From contig CBDFJR010000005.1 of NCBI GenBank assembly GCA_965248535.1, positions 1,536,001-1,600,000 on the forward strand: 64,000 bases of DNA, given 5' to 3'. Below are positions 1-11,544 of the stretch, piece by piece (within the stretch, counting starts at the first letter, position 1; each line of letters opens with the position of its first letter). The notes under the pieces are model-generated. The model did not search any database. It was given only the letters and a program-made list of their open reading frames with translations, and had not been told where the DNA came from. Both the position numbers and the translations under genes were made by a program. This DNA comes from Phormidesmis sp. (GTDB lineage Bacteria > Cyanobacteriota > Cyanobacteriia > Leptolyngbyales > Leptolyngbyaceae).

Positions 1-95
1 CGACTAAACAGCGGCGATCGACAAGCCACAATCACCGTCATAACAAACAGCAACAAAACCCCAAACCGTAGCTTTTGTGAGAAGAAATGCAACAC
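1..95 (-). CDS. 5' end of a putative lipoprotein (runs off the window)
   Basis: Hand translation from GTG at 95: MLHFFSQKLRFGVLLLFVMTVIVACRSPLFS..., basic residues, hydrophobic stretch and lipobox-like IVAC. Confidence 0.45.
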   Translation of the reverse strand, partial: MLHFFSQKLRFGVLLLFVMTVIVACRSPLFS

Positions 96-221
96 GATTT
101 AACGACCAGCGATAAAGTGACCCAGTTGCCGCTTGATTGAAGCACATCGATCGCCAAAGTCCATGTCTTTTAAAAGACGTAAATCCCCCGCGATCGCAAA
201 TTTACAAACCCAAAATCGACG

Positions 222-254
222 ACGTAGGGGCATGGCAGTGCCATGCCCCTACGT
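222..254. repeat. GTAG-footed REP-like palindrome
   Basis: Perfect palindrome ACGTAGGGGCATGGCA-G-TGCCATGCCCCTACGT; related copies at 9034, 9141, 9217, 21713 and 21745. Confidence 0.85.
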
Positions 255-292
255 TTGCCCCCCAACCGTGCCAGCAACCGATAGAACCTAAC

Positions 293-330
293 CAAAAAAG
301 AACCGAGGCACCTCGTTAGATACCTCGGTT
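293..330 (-). terminator. intrinsic terminator after the phosphatase gene
   Basis: AACCGAGG...CCTCGGTT stem (301-330) with an A-run on + (U-tract on -), just past the stop at 358. Confidence 0.6.
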
Positions 331-357
331 GTTAGCGATTAAATCAACCAGAACAGT

Positions 358-2328
358 TTATTGAGCAGCATCAATTGAGAAGCCCAAAACCTTTCTAACT
401 GGGTTGGCTGCACTCGGCTCAGGGAAGGTGTTAGCAGCATAGGAGTTAATGCCATAGTTGCTAACAGACAGCGTTTTGCCATCGGCACTGATGTTGAAGG
501 TGACGTAGTTAAACGTGTCAGGTGAATAGAAATCAACCGGACTGCGATTTTGGTCAGCGTTCGGGTCAAACTCACGGTAGACATCGTGAATCAGAGGATT
601 GGTAGGGTCAAGCCCTAACGGATTAAAGCCCTTCGCCAAATCCTTTGCGACCACTACATCCGTCAGCTTTTGAATGTTGCTGAAACTGTGATCCGTCACG
701 ACATCCGGGCCGCCCGCTCCGATCGGGCCCCCCACGATCGTCAACGCATTCGGCAACAATGTTCGAGTTTTGGTGTCGCTGATGTCAGTGAAGTAGGTCA
801 GTTCATTAATCCGATTTTGGTGGTCATCGGCGCTGAGAAACACCACATTGTCGATGTGATTGTCGGCAATAAACTTCAGCAGTTCATTCCGCTCTGCCCG
901 ATAGCCGCCCGTCCAAGACTTGCCGCTGTCTTCGCCCCCTTCGTCGATCGGAGACGACACCGATACGATTTTCCAGGGTGTGCCGTTTTGTTGAGCCGCT
1001 AGCAGGGTTTGCTCTAACCATGCCAACTGAGTTTTGCCCAACATGGTGCGATCGGGGTTGTCAGCCCTTGCGCCCGTGTCGTCGGTTCCGTCGGCATTCT
1101 TTAAGCGAATGTCGCGGTAAGAGCGATCGTCCACATTAATGAAGACGCTGTTTGCGCCCCACTGCTGTGAATAATAAAGCTGCTGGGTGCCATTAGTCCG
1201 AGGATCGTTGGGTGCCGAAATCGTGGTCTCGCGAATCGGCTGATAGTCGTCATAGGCTTGCAGCAAGGTCTTAAAGCCCTCGGTCTTGTTGAGATAGGTG
1301 CCCGTGTTGTTCACGTCATAGATCGGATTCGTTCCATCAAAGCCCTTGCCAGCAGGTGCTCCAGCAGGTGCTCCGCCATTGATAAACTGCTTGTTACCGA
1401 GTTCGTGGTTGTCCAACAAAACATAGGTTCCTTGCGACTCATAAAGGGCTTGCACTCCTTCAAATCCGCCCACGTTGGTGGCGACTAAATCCTCCTGATA
1501 TTTGCGACGATAGTCTGCCAAGGCTTGGGCCGGGTCAGTTAACGGGTCTGCCGCGGCCGCCGATCGGGCCGTGACCGTTTCATAAATCGTGTCACCCAAG
1601 AAGATGAAGTAGTCTAGATTTTGGTCTTTGAGGTTTGCCAAAGAGCTATAGGGTCGCCACTTGCCGTCAGCATCTGCACTAAAGCCAAAGTCTACAGCCA
1701 CTTGAGCCGTGGGGTCAGGAGCCGTTTTGAAGGTGCCCACATCGCTGAAATCACCCTCTGGCGTGGTGAAGCGATAATAGTAGGTCGTGCCGCTTTCCAG
1801 TCCTTTAGCTTCGAGTTTGAGCACATAATCGCGATTGGATTGAGTGCTGCCCCCAAAGGTTGAGACATCAGAAGCAAAGGTGCGATCGGTGGAAACCTGC
1901 GCCGTTAAAGCCGTCGCAATTCCTTGTTTTGTAATCTGGTTGGTCGTGCGAGTCCAGAGAACTGCACTGTCACTCGTCGGTTCTCCAGCCGCTACCCCTT
2001 CAGTAAAAGCGGTGTGCAGTTCGAGGGGCTTGCTCAACTTGATTTCGATAAATTCGTTGTTGTCAGCTTGTCCCGGTGTGCGACCGACGCTAAAGGGATA
2101 GTTGTTGTCGTTGATGACTAACAGCGTTTGTTTGTCGATCGGCAAAATGTCTTCGATCGTTGTGAATGGGAAGGTGAACACGCCATTCTTGGTGCCGTTG
2201 CCGCCGATCCCGTTGGGGTCAGAGACATTCAGCAGATCAGCCACGAGTTCTTTTTGCACAAAGCCACTGCTGTCGATCTGGTTGAGATCAATTTTGTAGA
2301 TCTTCTTAGAGATAGCAGGGCTAGGCAA
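358..2328 (-). CDS. C-terminal part of the giant phosphatase: end of phytase-like domain plus PhoD (alkaline phosphatase D) domain, joined to 2321..7192 by a +1 frameshift
   Basis: [24 protein letters not shown] (phytase-like C-terminus), then [33 protein letters not shown] and SADDH (PhoD motifs); no credible start of its own. Confidence 0.85.
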   Translation of the reverse strand: MPSPAISKKIYKIDLNQIDSSGFVQKELVADLLNVSDPNGIGGNGTKNGVFTFPFTTIEDILPIDKQTLLVINDNNYPFSVGRTPGQADNNEFIEIKLSKPLELHTAFTEGVAAGEPTSDSAVLWTRTTNQITKQGIATALTAQVSTDRTFASDVSTFGGSTQSNRDYVLKLEAKGLESGTTYYYRFTTPEGDFSDVGTFKTAPDPTAQVAVDFGFSADADGKWRPYSSLANLKDQNLDYFIFLGDTIYETVTARSAAAADPLTDPAQALADYRRKYQEDLVATNVGGFEGVQALYESQGTYVLLDNHELGNKQFINGGAPAGAPAGKGFDGTNPIYDVNNTGTYLNKTEGFKTLLQAYDDYQPIRETTISAPNDPRTNGTQQLYYSQQWGANSVFINVDDRSYRDIRLKNADGTDDTGARADNPDRTMLGKTQLAWLEQTLLAAQQNGTPWKIVSVSSPIDEGGEDSGKSWTGGYRAERNELLKFIADNHIDNVVFLSADDHQNRINELTYFTDISDTKTRTLLPNALTIVGGPIGAGGPDVVTDHSFSNIQKLTDVVVAKDLAKGFNPLGLDPTNPLIHDVYREFDPNADQNRSPVDFYSPDTFNYVTFNISADGKTLSVSNYGINSYAANTFPEPSAANPVRKVLGFSIDAAQ

Positions 2329-5300
2329 ATGCCGGATTGCTCGCGTCTCCTTGCCCGTTGTCGCGCTCGATAACCAGGAATTCGTGGTCGTTGATGGCGG
2401 TCATATCCCCGATCGCGCGACCTGGCACATTGAGTTTATAAGAGAAAGTTTTGCCCGTATACTGCTCAGTTTTGAGGTCAAACTCACTAATGAACAAGCG
2501 ATTTTGTTGCAGATCGGAGGTCAACGCACCTTCTAACAGGGTGTAAAGCTTGGTGCCATCTGCGCTTAAGGCAGTGCCCTCAAAGCCTTTAGAGCGGGGG
2601 AGATTGGCGGCTTTGATTTTGTTGGCTTCAGACAGGCTAGCCAGAGTGGGATTGTCCGGCGACTTCACAAACGGCTGAGTTTCATAAGTCTTGGCGGCTT
2701 TTCCGGTGCCCGCAAAGTCGGTGAAGTAACCATCTACGCCAAGCTCAATAAACTGGCGAATCTCCTTCTCTGGGTCGCCTTTATAGTCGGCTGCCAGATA
2801 CTGAGTTTCGTTGCGGAAGGTGTAAGGGTGCACCAACAATCCGACGTTGTGAGCATCGGTGATTAAGGTTGTCGGTGCTGTCAGGGTTTTGTCTGCATCA
2901 TTGACAACGCCATCGCCGTTCACGTCGTCTGCTTTGCCGTCGTTGTTGGCATCTACGCCCTTGACCGAGAGAATCATTCGCTTCCAGGGGCCAATGCCAT
3001 CGGCGTAGGTGGCGACTTCGGCAAGACCTTGCGCCGATCGGATGTCTGCATAGGTGCGAGTATCTCCACTGACGACAAAATCGTAGGGTTTGATTTCGCT
3101 CAAGCTGCCGTCGAGGTTGACATCATCGGCATCTAGCAACTGAATCAGCGGCACATCAATTAGCGTATTCAGCTTTTTGAGATTGCCCACCTCAAACGAT
3201 TGAATGAAGACCCGACTAGGATCGGTGAAATTGTTGTCTTTGAGAATCTTCACCAAAGGCTCTTCTAGCGTCAGACCCTCACTAGCAAAGTAAGTCGGGT
3301 GTTTGGTTTCAGGATAGATGCCGATCTTTTTGCCCGTCGTCGCTTCGACCTTCTTGACCAAATCAATGATTTCTTGCAGCGTCGGAACCTCAAACTGACC
3401 GTTGTAGGACTGATCGCGGAAGGAAAGCCGTTCCTTGGCCCGCAGCGTCTTGATTTCTGCCAGCGTGAAGTCGTCAACAAACCAGCCACTTTCGGCCGTG
3501 CCGTCAATTACCTTGGTGGTGAAGCGGTTGGCAAATTCGGGATGATCAGCCACGTTGGTGGTGTCTTTGATGTTCACCTCGTGACGCGCAATCAACACGC
3601 CATCTTTGGTCGAAACCAGGTCAGGCTCAATAAAGTCAGCCCCCAAGTCGATCGCGAGTTGATAGCCTGCCAGAGTGTGCTCTGGTCGCTGACCCGCGAT
3701 GCCTCGGTGACCGATGACGATCGGGGCTTGTCCATTCAGCGTGTTCAACGGTTCAGGATTGGGGATAGCGATCGGGGCTGACAGCAGCGTGCCATCTGCC
3801 CCAAAGTGCAGCAAGAAGGGGCCAAACTCTTCGCCAAACCAGTAGGTGCCATCGGCAACCCGGCGGAAGGACTCGACATCAAAATCGGCTCCGGTCAATA
3901 AACGACCTTGCTTAATGGTGGGGTCAACCGCAATGCCGCCCGCCTTGAGTTTGTCACTTCCTGGATAGGTATCTAGGTCAGCTATAATCGTCTGGAAGCC
4001 TTTCAGCTTGCCGTTCTTGTCGTTAAGCTGGAAGTAACTCTTATCGGTAAAGCTGTCTAACCGCTTGCCCGTTTGCAGATCAGATGGGTAGACCTTGCCC
4101 GTAGCAAAGTCTGTCTCGACTGAGTAAAAGCGCAACAGCGAGTCAGCGGAGTTCGCTTTAGTCCCATACCCATTGTCAACCATCACCAAATAGGTTCCGG
4201 CTTTGGCTCCCGGCAACACGGCTGAGAAGCCCTGCACAGGCTGTCCATTCGGCCCCACAAATGGAACGGGCTGACCATTGGCGTTGAGGGTGCCGATCGT
4301 GCCGTCATTGTTCAGGGTTAGAAATTGACCAGAGGTGGGCCCGACTGCAAAGGTGTTGGCTGGCAATACTGCCCGTCCGACGAGTTGCGTTACCCCTTGA
4401 GGAATGGTTTGGTAATCACTGCTCACCGTCGAGAACAGCGTATCGTCTACGGTCGTTGCTTTAACACCTTTGAGAATGCCTAGCAATGCCCCCGTGCTGG
4501 TCAGTTTGATTAGGGTGTCGCTGACATTGCTGCCTGTGCCTTGCACGATCGTCAGTTGTTCAAACGTCAGACCTTTTAGACCAATGCGATCGCCCTCTTT
4601 GGCATTAAAATCAGCTACGGTTGTGGTGCCATCAGTTGCCGCCAAGATGAAGCGATCGGCACCCGCGCCGCCGCGCAGCAGGTTGTTGCCACTCAATCCA
4701 TCCAGAATATCGTTGCCGCCCTGACCGTTGATCACATCATCAGAGTCGTCAAAGCCCTTAACAATGTTGTTCGAGTCATTGAGAAACGTGACCGTATTGC
4801 GGTTCCAAACTTGGCTCTGGGTTGAGTTAGCATCCAACACGTCAAAGCTGTCTGTTATCTCGGTCTGACCGTCAAAGAGAATGTTGCCGAGATCAACAGC
4901 GCCTCCGGTGGAGGTTTGCAGATTCTCCAGGTTTTCTAGCTTGAAGTTTTTTAGCGTCACTTGAGTGTTGGCAACGCCATCAAAGGTGAGCACCAAGTTA
5001 TCACCATCTTGCTTCAGCACCAAGTTTTTAGCCGTTAGCCCAGTGCCTTGAAACTTGAGAATATCGGCTTCTGCGATCGTGCCCGTTCCAGGATTGGTGC
5101 CTTTGCCAAGACCGCCAAAATTAGCGATCGTGGCGGTATCGCCTTTGTTGATCACAAACGTCTTCTGACCCTTACTACCATCGCCATTTAAGCTGGTGCT
5201 GAGTCCAACGGTGCGACCCTCATAGCCCGCCGTATCGAAATACTTCGTATCTCCTACCTGCTGATAGTCGAGATAGGTGCGTTGCCCATTGCTAGACGCA

Positions 5301-7192
5301 TCCGATTTCAACACGCCAACGGTGGTGGCAACTGTATCCGGCCCATTCACCAGCGCTTCGCTAATCACCCGACCAATCAAACTGCCGTTTTGAGACACCG
5401 ACAAGCCGAGCAGGTTCAGCAGAGTCACAGCGACATCCGCATTGCTGACCGGGGCTAAATCTTGATAGCCCTTCTTAAAGTCAGGCCCGATCGCCGCCAT
5501 ATTGTTGAATGTATCGCCCCGACCAAAGGTGCCGTGCATCCCCTGACCTTGCTGTAAACCTGTATCAGCAATCTCAACTTGAGTCTGAACTGGGTTGCTT
5601 AAATCCGTTGAAAACGTCTTGAAGTTTAATACGATCGCGGGCGTGGGCGTTTGAGCCGAACCCTTGAGATTAATCGCACTCAGCGGTAATGTTCCAGCGA
5701 TCGCACCAAAGGCATCATCAACAAACAATCCACTGGTGTAGTCTTGCTTGCTGAGAAACTCGACGACCTTCTTGACGGTTGCTAAGTCGCCATCGGGCAC
5801 ATAGATCAAGTCAGAGCCGCCGTTAGCCGCCACCACAACCTTCGCATCGGGCGTATTTAGAATCTGTCCACTCGCACCGATCAAACCGTTGCCGTTAGCC
5901 GGACGCTGCCCTTTTGTCGCATCCACTGACGTATAGGCAATGGCCTTGTTAGCACTGTCTTTAACCGTTGTGTCGGGGTCATAGAGCGACAGCCCTAAGT
6001 CATGAGCAATGTCGATCGCCACAAACCCGACGGGCAAGAACCCTGCATTCACACCCGCGTAGGTGAACTGGGAGGCATAGTCATTAATCTTGGTGCCCTG
6101 AGCATCACTCACGCTTTTGCTGATCGTCGAGAAGCCGTGATCCGCCGTGATGAAGATGTCCGTGTTGTCATACAAGCCTTGGTCTTTTAGCCCTTGAATG
6201 ATTTGGGCCAAGTTGTTGTCAGCATTTTTGACCGCCGCTTTAGAAGTCGGGCCATTAATACCTGGAGTCAGACTGTTGAGGCTATCTCCATTGTTGTGCT
6301 GAGAGCCATCGGGGTCGCGAGACCAATAAACCAGCGCAAAGGGATCGCCATCTTGCTTAAACGTCGGCAAAATCGCCTTCGTGGTTGCATCTGCGAAATA
6401 TTGCTGCTGCGCTACGTTAGCCGACAGAGTGCCCGGAGTTATGTTGTTGCCCGATGGCTGAACTCGCAGCGTCGAAAGCGCAGCACTCGTTTGCAGACCA
6501 GCACTGGTGAGGGCTGCTTTGATCACGTCGCTAACAGGTACGCCCGCCGCCGAGAAGGTAGAGTCATCCAAAATAACGGTGTCAGGAACGGGCACTTTGC
6601 CATCGGCTCCCCGATTCCCCTGACTCACGTCTTGAATCAAAACGGGGCCCAGTTTGCCGACGGCCGCCGTGTTATAGCCGTTTTGACGAGCAAGTTGCAG
6701 CAGACTTTCTTCGTTGAGAAAGTTGTAATAGCTGAAGGTATCGGGGTCGCTGCTGTCAAAGCTGCCTTTGAACTTAGCATTTAGGTCTGCCAAAACCGGA
6801 TCGTTTTCGATGAACGGAGTAGGACTCTGCCCCGCGCTAGGCACCGGAAACCCAGCATAGATAGTATTGCTAAAGTCTCCGGTGTCGCCTAAATAGTGCC
6901 CTGTGGCGATCGCCGAAGCATTGGGAGTCGTAAACGTGGGGAACAAACCGTGACTGTTGCTAAAGTCTACTCCCTCACTGCGGATGCTGTAGAGAGTAGG
7001 TGCATCAATCGGATTGACGGAGCCATAGCGCAAGCCGTCGGCAACAAAGATCACCACGTTGCGAGGGGCGCTGCTGCCTGTTAGCGACTGGGAGGGTGTC
7101 GTTGTCAGGGCAGATTGGGTAAGCAGAGGCGAATTAAGTTGCGTGGTCAAAGTGCCACTAGAGGCGGCGGCGAAGGTTAAATCAGTTGCCAT
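2321..7192 (-). CDS. N-terminal part of a giant multi-domain phosphatase: alkaline phosphatase/nucleotide pyrophosphatase domain, RTX-type Ca-binding repeats, phytase-like domain with an inserted glycerophosphodiester phosphodiesterase (GDPD)
   Basis: [34 protein letters not shown] (AP superfamily); [24 protein letters not shown] (RTX); QGFSAV..DNGYG, FDVES..GEEFGP (phytase-like); [35 protein letters not shown] (GDPD). Confidence 0.88.
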   Translation of the reverse strand: MATDLTFAAASSGTLTTQLNSPLLTQSALTTTPSQSLTGSSAPRNVVIFVADGLRYGSVNPIDAPTLYSIRSEGVDFSNSHGLFPTFTTPNASAIATGHYLGDTGDFSNTIYAGFPVPSAGQSPTPFIENDPVLADLNAKFKGSFDSSDPDTFSYYNFLNEESLLQLARQNGYNTAAVGKLGPVLIQDVSQGNRGADGKVPVPDTVILDDSTFSAAGVPVSDVIKAALTSAGLQTSAALSTLRVQPSGNNITPGTLSANVAQQQYFADATTKAILPTFKQDGDPFALVYWSRDPDGSQHNNGDSLNSLTPGINGPTSKAAVKNADNNLAQIIQGLKDQGLYDNTDIFITADHGFSTISKSVSDAQGTKINDYASQFTYAGVNAGFLPVGFVAIDIAHDLGLSLYDPDTTVKDSANKAIAYTSVDATKGQRPANGNGLIGASGQILNTPDAKVVVAANGGSDLIYVPDGDLATVKKVVEFLSKQDYTSGLFVDDAFGAIAGTLPLSAINLKGSAQTPTPAIVLNFKTFSTDLSNPVQTQVEIADTGLQQGQGMHGTFGRGDTFNNMAAIGPDFKKGYQDLAPVSNADVAVTLLNLLGLSVSQNGSLIGRVISEALVNGPDTVATTVGVLKSDASSNGQRTYLDYQQVGDTKYFDTAGYEGRTVGLSTSLNGDGSKGQKTFVINKGDTATIANFGGLGKGTNPGTGTIAEADILKFQGTGLTAKNLVLKQDGDNLVLTFDGVANTQVTLKNFKLENLENLQTSTGGAVDLGNILFDGQTEITDSFDVLDANSTQSQVWNRNTVTFLNDSNNIVKGFDDSDDVINGQGGNDILDGLSGNNLLRGGAGADRFILAATDGTTTVADFNAKEGDRIGLKGLTFEQLTIVQGTGSNVSDTLIKLTSTGALLGILKGVKATTVDDTLFSTVSSDYQTIPQGVTQLVGRAVLPANTFAVGPTSGQFLTLNNDGTIGTLNANGQPVPFVGPNGQPVQGFSAVLPGAKAGTYLVMVDNGYGTKANSADSLLRFYSVETDFATGKVYPSDLQTGKRLDSFTDKSYFQLNDKNGKLKGFQTIIADLDTYPGSDKLKAGGIAVDPTIKQGRLLTGADFDVESFRRVADGTYWFGEEFGPFLLHFGADGTLLSAPIAIPNPEPLNTLNGQAPIVIGHRGIAGQRPEHTLAGYQLAIDLGADFIEPDLVSTKDGVLIARHEVNIKDTTNVADHPEFANRFTTKVIDGTAESGWFVDDFTLAEIKTLRAKERLSFRDQSYNGQFEVPTLQEIIDLVKKVEATTGKKIGIYPETKHPTYFASEGLTLEEPLVKILKDNNFTDPSRVFIQSFEVGNLKKLNTLIDVPLIQLLDADDVNLDGSLSEIKPYDFVVSGDTRTYADIRSAQGLAEVATYADGIGPWKRMILSVKGVDANNDGKADDVNGDGVVNDADKTLTAPTTLITDAHNVGLLVHPYTFRNETQYLAADYKGDPEKEIRQFIELGVDGYFTDFAGTGKAAKTYETQPFVKSPDNPTLASLSEANKIKAANLPRSKGFEGTALSADGTKLYTLLEGALTSDLQQNRLFISEFDLKTEQYTGKTFSYKLNVPGRAIGDMTAINDHEFLVIERDNGQGDASNPAFA

Positions 7193-7623
7193 AGGAGTTG
7201 AGTGAAGAGTTCAGGGAATAGTGAGCGCAAGACGGTGGGTAGTCGGATGAAAAAATAGTCTAAAGAGCATCCAAAGGGGCTAAACTGCGCCATTGAAGCT
7301 CTCTAGTTAGATTGAGATTTAATGGACGATCGCTAACAGCTTCCCAAACGGGGCGCACGATCTAAGAGAACCCAATGTAAAACTCGGCTCAAGCGATCGT
7401 GAAATCAGATCTAAGTTGAGTCGGCGCTAACGAAGTCTCTAAGGAGGTTCGAGAGGGTTTGACTAGATAGTTCAGACTAACTACAGGCAGCTTTGTGGAT
7501 CAGTCCCTCGGCTGAAACTAGTTTTTGTCTGCCAAAAATCATCATTAGGTGAATCAACTTTCGGTCAATGTGTGCAATGGAACACGCCACTACAAACGGG
7601 TACAGAAGAACAATAAGTGCTCT

Positions 7624-7664
7624 AAGTTAATGGACTAACCAGTTATGGTTAAAAACTGGCTAAG
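7624..7664 (-). promoter_or_regulatory. putative Pho box (SphR/PhoB site)
   Basis: Minus strand CTTAGCCA-gtt-TTTAACCA-taa-ctggttag-tcc-ATTAACTT: three PyTTAAPyPy(T/A)-like octamers in 11-bp phase upstream of a phosphatase gene, with TATTGT just downstream. Confidence 0.5.
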
Positions 7665-7836
7665 AAGTGTGAAAAATTCTGTTTCAATTTGTCTTTTTTT
7701 TCCTGCAAGCAAAGCTTTACAAAAACAAAATAGAACTTCACGGAATCTACATAGAAACCGTGTTGACAGATTACCTAGCTCTAGGGTGCTTCTGACAGGT
7801 ATAAATTCTCACTAAAAAATTACGGGTGGAGATGAT

Positions 7837-8631
7837 CTAAAAAAGCAGCAGTTGCAGTAGCCCACCGACGACGCTAATTAAAGATTGACCCAATCCGCCG
7901 TTGCTCTCTTTGCGTTCTTTGGGCGGGTTTTTGATGCCCTGGACTAATTTTTGGGCAGCGTCGGCGTTTTCTGTGTGACCCTGCTGCGAAAATAGCGTTG
8001 ATGCGACTTCGCCATCTTTGACGGCTCCCTCTTTGTCACCCAACTCTAAGCGAGCGATCGCGCGTCCCAAATAAGCCAGCGCATGGTCAGGTTTGCGAAT
8101 AATCACCTGATCAAAATGCCCGATCGCGGTTTCATAGTTGCGCTGTTTGGTGGCTTGGAGGGCCCAGCGATAAAAATCTTCGGGGTCACCTGCTGTCGAG
8201 GGTAGCCCGATCGCGCCTTGCAGCGCAGCATTAGTCAGGTTTGCGCCCGTGAGATCGGCTCCTGACAAAAAGGCTCCTCGCAGATCTGCGCCCCTCAAGT
8301 CTGCCCCGACTAGGATTGCGCCGCTCAGATCGGCTCCGTTGAGGCTGGCTCCTGCTAGGTTTGTATCCCTCAAATCGGCCCCTGATAAGACGGCTCGACT
8401 GAGATTGGCCCCCGACAGGTTCGACTGGGTGAGATTTGCCCCATTTAAGCGCGCTAACACTAACCCGGCTCGGCTTAAGTCACAGCTTCGACATTGTTTA
8501 GTCGCAAGCAATTGCTGAATCTGTTCTAGGTTTTCAGCATAGGCAGGACTGGCAACCCCGATCGCCAAAAGCATTGCAGATAGCGTAACCGCATTAAAGT
8601 TCATGGGCATTGGTGTGAGCGTTGGCAACAC
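7837..8631 (-). CDS. exported pentapeptide-repeat protein with C-terminal TPR
   Basis: Signal peptide ending AYA, C..CDLS then A(D/N)LxG repeats, TPR-like helices; start may be 8610 or 8604. Confidence 0.85.
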   Translation of the reverse strand: MLPTLTPMPMNFNAVTLSAMLLAIGVASPAYAENLEQIQQLLATKQCRSCDLSRAGLVLARLNGANLTQSNLSGANLSRAVLSGADLRDTNLAGASLNGADLSGAILVGADLRGADLRGAFLSGADLTGANLTNAALQGAIGLPSTAGDPEDFYRWALQATKQRNYETAIGHFDQVIIRKPDHALAYLGRAIARLELGDKEGAVKDGEVASTLFSQQGHTENADAAQKLVQGIKNPPKERKESNGGLGQSLISVVGGLLQLLLF

Positions 8632-8729
8632 TGAGTTAATTGCGATAATCCATACTACTTTTATTTCTAACTTGTGGCACGATCGAGATCGTTCCTCGTT
8701 TTCAGAACTCAGATCTTTAGTTCCGACTC

Positions 8730-8993
8730 ATGGCTAAAAAGCAAAAATTTCCCTATCTGGTTGGCTCAAAATGGACGGCCCAGCAAACCACTTGGGGCTG
8801 GCGACATTTTCAAGTCGTCAATCGCAAAAATGAAGGTCAGTGGGTGTTTGCCGAAATGGTGGCTGCTTGCGATCCCAACATCCGATTTTGGATGAATGCC
8901 AAACTGTTAAACAACCGATCGCAGTGGCAAGCCGGGTGGCGATCGCTGCAAGAAATTAAAATCGACGAAAGTTTTCAGTTTGAGGTCGAGTGA
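8730..8993 (+). CDS. TIGR02450 family Trp-rich protein
   Basis: KFPYLVGSKWTA...GWRHFQV...W.AGW signature. Confidence 0.8.
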   Translation: MAKKQKFPYLVGSKWTAQQTTWGWRHFQVVNRKNEGQWVFAEMVAACDPNIRFWMNAKLLNNRSQWQAGWRSLQEIKIDESFQFEVE

Positions 8994-9009
8994 CGATCGT
9001 CAATGATGG

Positions 9010-9306
9010 CATCTCGGTTACTGCATAGAGACTGGGCACGGCAGTGCCATGCCCTTACATCGTCTCGGCTACTGGCCTAGACACGGAGACTGGCAGCATC
9101 GGGAGCTATAACCGTTCCACGGCGTTACTGGATAGAGACTGGGCACGGCACATGCCCTTACGTCGTCTCGGCTACTGGCATAGACACGACTTCATCTCGG
9201 TTACCGCATAGACACTGGGCACGGCAGTGCCATGCCCTTACATCGTCTCGGCTACTGGCCTAGACACGGAGACTGGCAGCATCGGGAGCTAGAACCGTTC
9301 CACGGC
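9010..9306. repeat. tandem REP-containing array (two 114-bp units plus a partial unit)
   Basis: 9010-9123 and 9193-9306 are near-identical and 9124-9192 is partial; each carries a GGGCACGGCA..TGCCCTTAC palindrome between ~23-bp direct repeats. Confidence 0.9.
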
Positions 9307-10758
9307 TGCAAACTCTTGCGGAATGGTAGCGTTGGCGGCTTCACCACAGGTTCGAGGAGTCGGAAAAATCTTGGTCGGGTTCGCCAGACCTTTAGGGTTG
9401 AAGGCTTGACGCACAAACTGCATCGTCTCCAGATCGGCGGGTGAAAACATCTCTGGCATATAGCAGCGTTTGTCTGCGCCGATGCCGTGTTCTCCTGAGA
9501 TGCTGCCGCCGACTTTGACACACAGTTTGAGAATGGCTCCGCCCAACTCTTCGACCTTTTCGAGCGCCCCCGGAACGGCATTATCGTAAAGAATTAAGGG
9601 ATGCAAATTGCCGTCACCCGCATGAAACACATTGGCAACGTGATAGCCAAATTTCTCGCCCAGCAGCGCAATTTCGTGAAGCACATATTCTAATTTTGTG
9701 CGGGGAATCACGCCATCTTGCACATAGTAATCAGGACTGATCTTGCCCATTGCGGCGAAAGCGGCTTTGCGTCCTTTCCAGAGTCGCAGACGCTCATCGG
9801 GGTCAGTGGCGATCGTCACATTTCGCGCCCCGTTGTGCTTGCAAATTGCCTCAATGCGTTTGCTGTTTGCCTCGGCTTCGACTTCTAACCCATCTACCTC
9901 GATTAACAAAATGGCTTCGGCATCTCGCGGGTAACACTCGGTGCAGACAACATCTTCGACCGCGTTAATGCTGAAATTATCCATCATCTCCATGCCGCCA
10001 GGAATAATGCCTGAACTGATGATGTCTGAAACGGTTGCCCCAGCCGCTTCAACGCTGGTAAAGTCGGCTAACAAGACGCGAATCGATTCAGGAGTTTTGA
10101 GAATTTTGAGGGTGATTTCGGTCGCGATGCCTAACGTGCCTTCTGAGCCGACAAAAACGCCTGTGAGATCATAGCCGGGCATCTCAGGAATCTCGCCGCC
10201 GATATCGGCGATCGTGCCATCGGGCAACACGAGCTTTAACCCCAAAACGTGATTTGTCGTCACGCCATATTTCAAACAGTGCACGCCGCCAGAATTTTCG
10301 GCAACGTTGCCCCCGATCGAGCAAATAATCTGACTCGACGGGTCAGGCGCATAATAAAACCCGGCTCCGCTAACTGCTTGAGTCACCCAGTTGTTGATCA
10401 CGCCGGGCTGCACGACAACGCGCTGATTGTCTAAATCGACGCTGAGAATGCGTTTCATTAAGGCCGTGACGATCAGGACGCAGTTTTTGATCGGCAAGGC
10501 TCCGCCCGATAATCCGGTTCCTGAGCCTCTGGCGATAAACGGAACTTGATGACGATCGCAGATCTTCACCAAAGCAGCCACGTCCTCGGTCGTTCGCGGC
10601 AAAACCACTAGCTCAGGACGCTCTCGATAGCTGGTCAACCCATCACATTCATAAACCAGTAACTCTTCTCGCTTGCGAATTACGCCATTTTTGCCCACAA
10701 CGGCTTCAAATTCTTTGGCGATCGTGTGCCAATTTAGTCCAGTCGTGAGCGCAACCAT
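9289..10758 (-). CDS. glcD: glycolate oxidase/dehydrogenase FAD subunit GlcD
   Basis: YECDGL, RGSGTGLSGG, PDPSSQ, GGNVAENSGG.HCLKYG, FHAGDGNLHP, GEHGIG motifs; ATG at 10758 preferred. Confidence 0.9.
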   Translation of the reverse strand: MVALTTGLNWHTIAKEFEAVVGKNGVIRKREELLVYECDGLTSYRERPELVVLPRTTEDVAALVKICDRHQVPFIARGSGTGLSGGALPIKNCVLIVTALMKRILSVDLDNQRVVVQPGVINNWVTQAVSGAGFYYAPDPSSQIICSIGGNVAENSGGVHCLKYGVTTNHVLGLKLVLPDGTIADIGGEIPEMPGYDLTGVFVGSEGTLGIATEITLKILKTPESIRVLLADFTSVEAAGATVSDIISSGIIPGGMEMMDNFSINAVEDVVCTECYPRDAEAILLIEVDGLEVEAEANSKRIEAICKHNGARNVTIATDPDERLRLWKGRKAAFAAMGKISPDYYVQDGVIPRTKLEYVLHEIALLGEKFGYHVANVFHAGDGNLHPLILYDNAVPGALEKVEELGGAILKLCVKVGGSISGEHGIGADKRCYMPEMFSPADLETMQFVRQAFNPKGLANPTKIFPTPRTCGEAANATIPQEFAAVERF

Positions 10759-10836
10759 AATCGGATTTTCTACAAAAGAATCAGAAGCCAAATCAGGCGA
10801 TATGTAAAGTCTACCGTCAAACTCATAGAGTCGCGG

Positions 10837-11538
10837 CTAGAGTCCGGCAAACCATTCATAGCCTCGATCTTCCCAATAGCCTCGCTGGGGCAGCAGATGG
10901 CTGGTGAGCATGATTCGCGTCACCCATTTGCTGTGTTTATAGCCGAGCTTAATCGGAGCCGCTAACCGCAAAGGGGCCCCGTTATCGATCGGCAGAGGTT
11001 CCCCGTTTTTTTGATAGGCCATCAGGGTTTGGGGGTGCAGACACGATCGTAGATCCCAGCTTTCATAATAGCCATCTGCCGATTGAAAATAGACATAACG
11101 CACCGTGTCTTTGGGCTGGGCGAGTTGAATTAAATCGCGCAACGGCACGCCGCCCCACTGCACGATCGCTGCCCAACCCTCAACGCAAACATGACGCATC
11201 ACCTCGGATGTGCGAGGCAATTTGTAGAGTTCATTCAAACTCAGTTGCAGGGGGTGATTGACCTCACCGTCGATCGTCAGCCGATAGGTGGCCGGATCGA
11301 TGATCGGAGTCCGGCCGAAGGTGTTGACGATTAGCTGCTCTGGCTTAATCTGGCTCACAGGCAACTCAGGCACCCGTTTTTGGGGATTGAGCAAAAGCTC
11401 TTCAAAGCGCTGGTTGAGCGGCTCTGATATCTGCCCAACTACGCCCGCAAATAGGTCTGAGCCGCAGCCGCCCAATAGCAAACTGCTGCCTGAAAATCCT
11501 GCGATTTGAAGAAATTGACGACGATTAAACCGTTGCAT
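10837..11538 (-). CDS. molybdopterin-dependent oxidoreductase (sulfite oxidase/MsrP-like) with Tat signal
   Basis: FNRRQFLQ Tat motif, lipobox LLGGC, HVCVEGW, GAPLRL, GYKHSKW, GYWEDRGY. Confidence 0.85.
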   Translation of the reverse strand: MQRFNRRQFLQIAGFSGSSLLLGGCGSDLFAGVVGQISEPLNQRFEELLLNPQKRVPELPVSQIKPEQLIVNTFGRTPIIDPATYRLTIDGEVNHPLQLSLNELYKLPRTSEVMRHVCVEGWAAIVQWGGVPLRDLIQLAQPKDTVRYVYFQSADGYYESWDLRSCLHPQTLMAYQKNGEPLPIDNGAPLRLAAPIKLGYKHSKWVTRIMLTSHLLPQRGYWEDRGYEWFAGL

Positions 11539-11544
11539 GAAGAA

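Noticed and set aside
358..2328. Independent phoD gene
   Set aside because: It begins in the middle of the phytase-like domain with no signal peptide or RBS; a frameshifted continuation explains it better.
7200..7600. Known riboswitch (e.g. c-di-GMP-I) in the phosphatase leader
   Set aside because: Only a short complementary pair was seen; I could not identify the conserved aptamer motifs by eye.
9010..9306. CRISPR array (recurring ~23-bp direct repeats)
   Set aside because: The intervening sequences are themselves repeated REP palindromes, spacing is irregular, and no cas genes are present.
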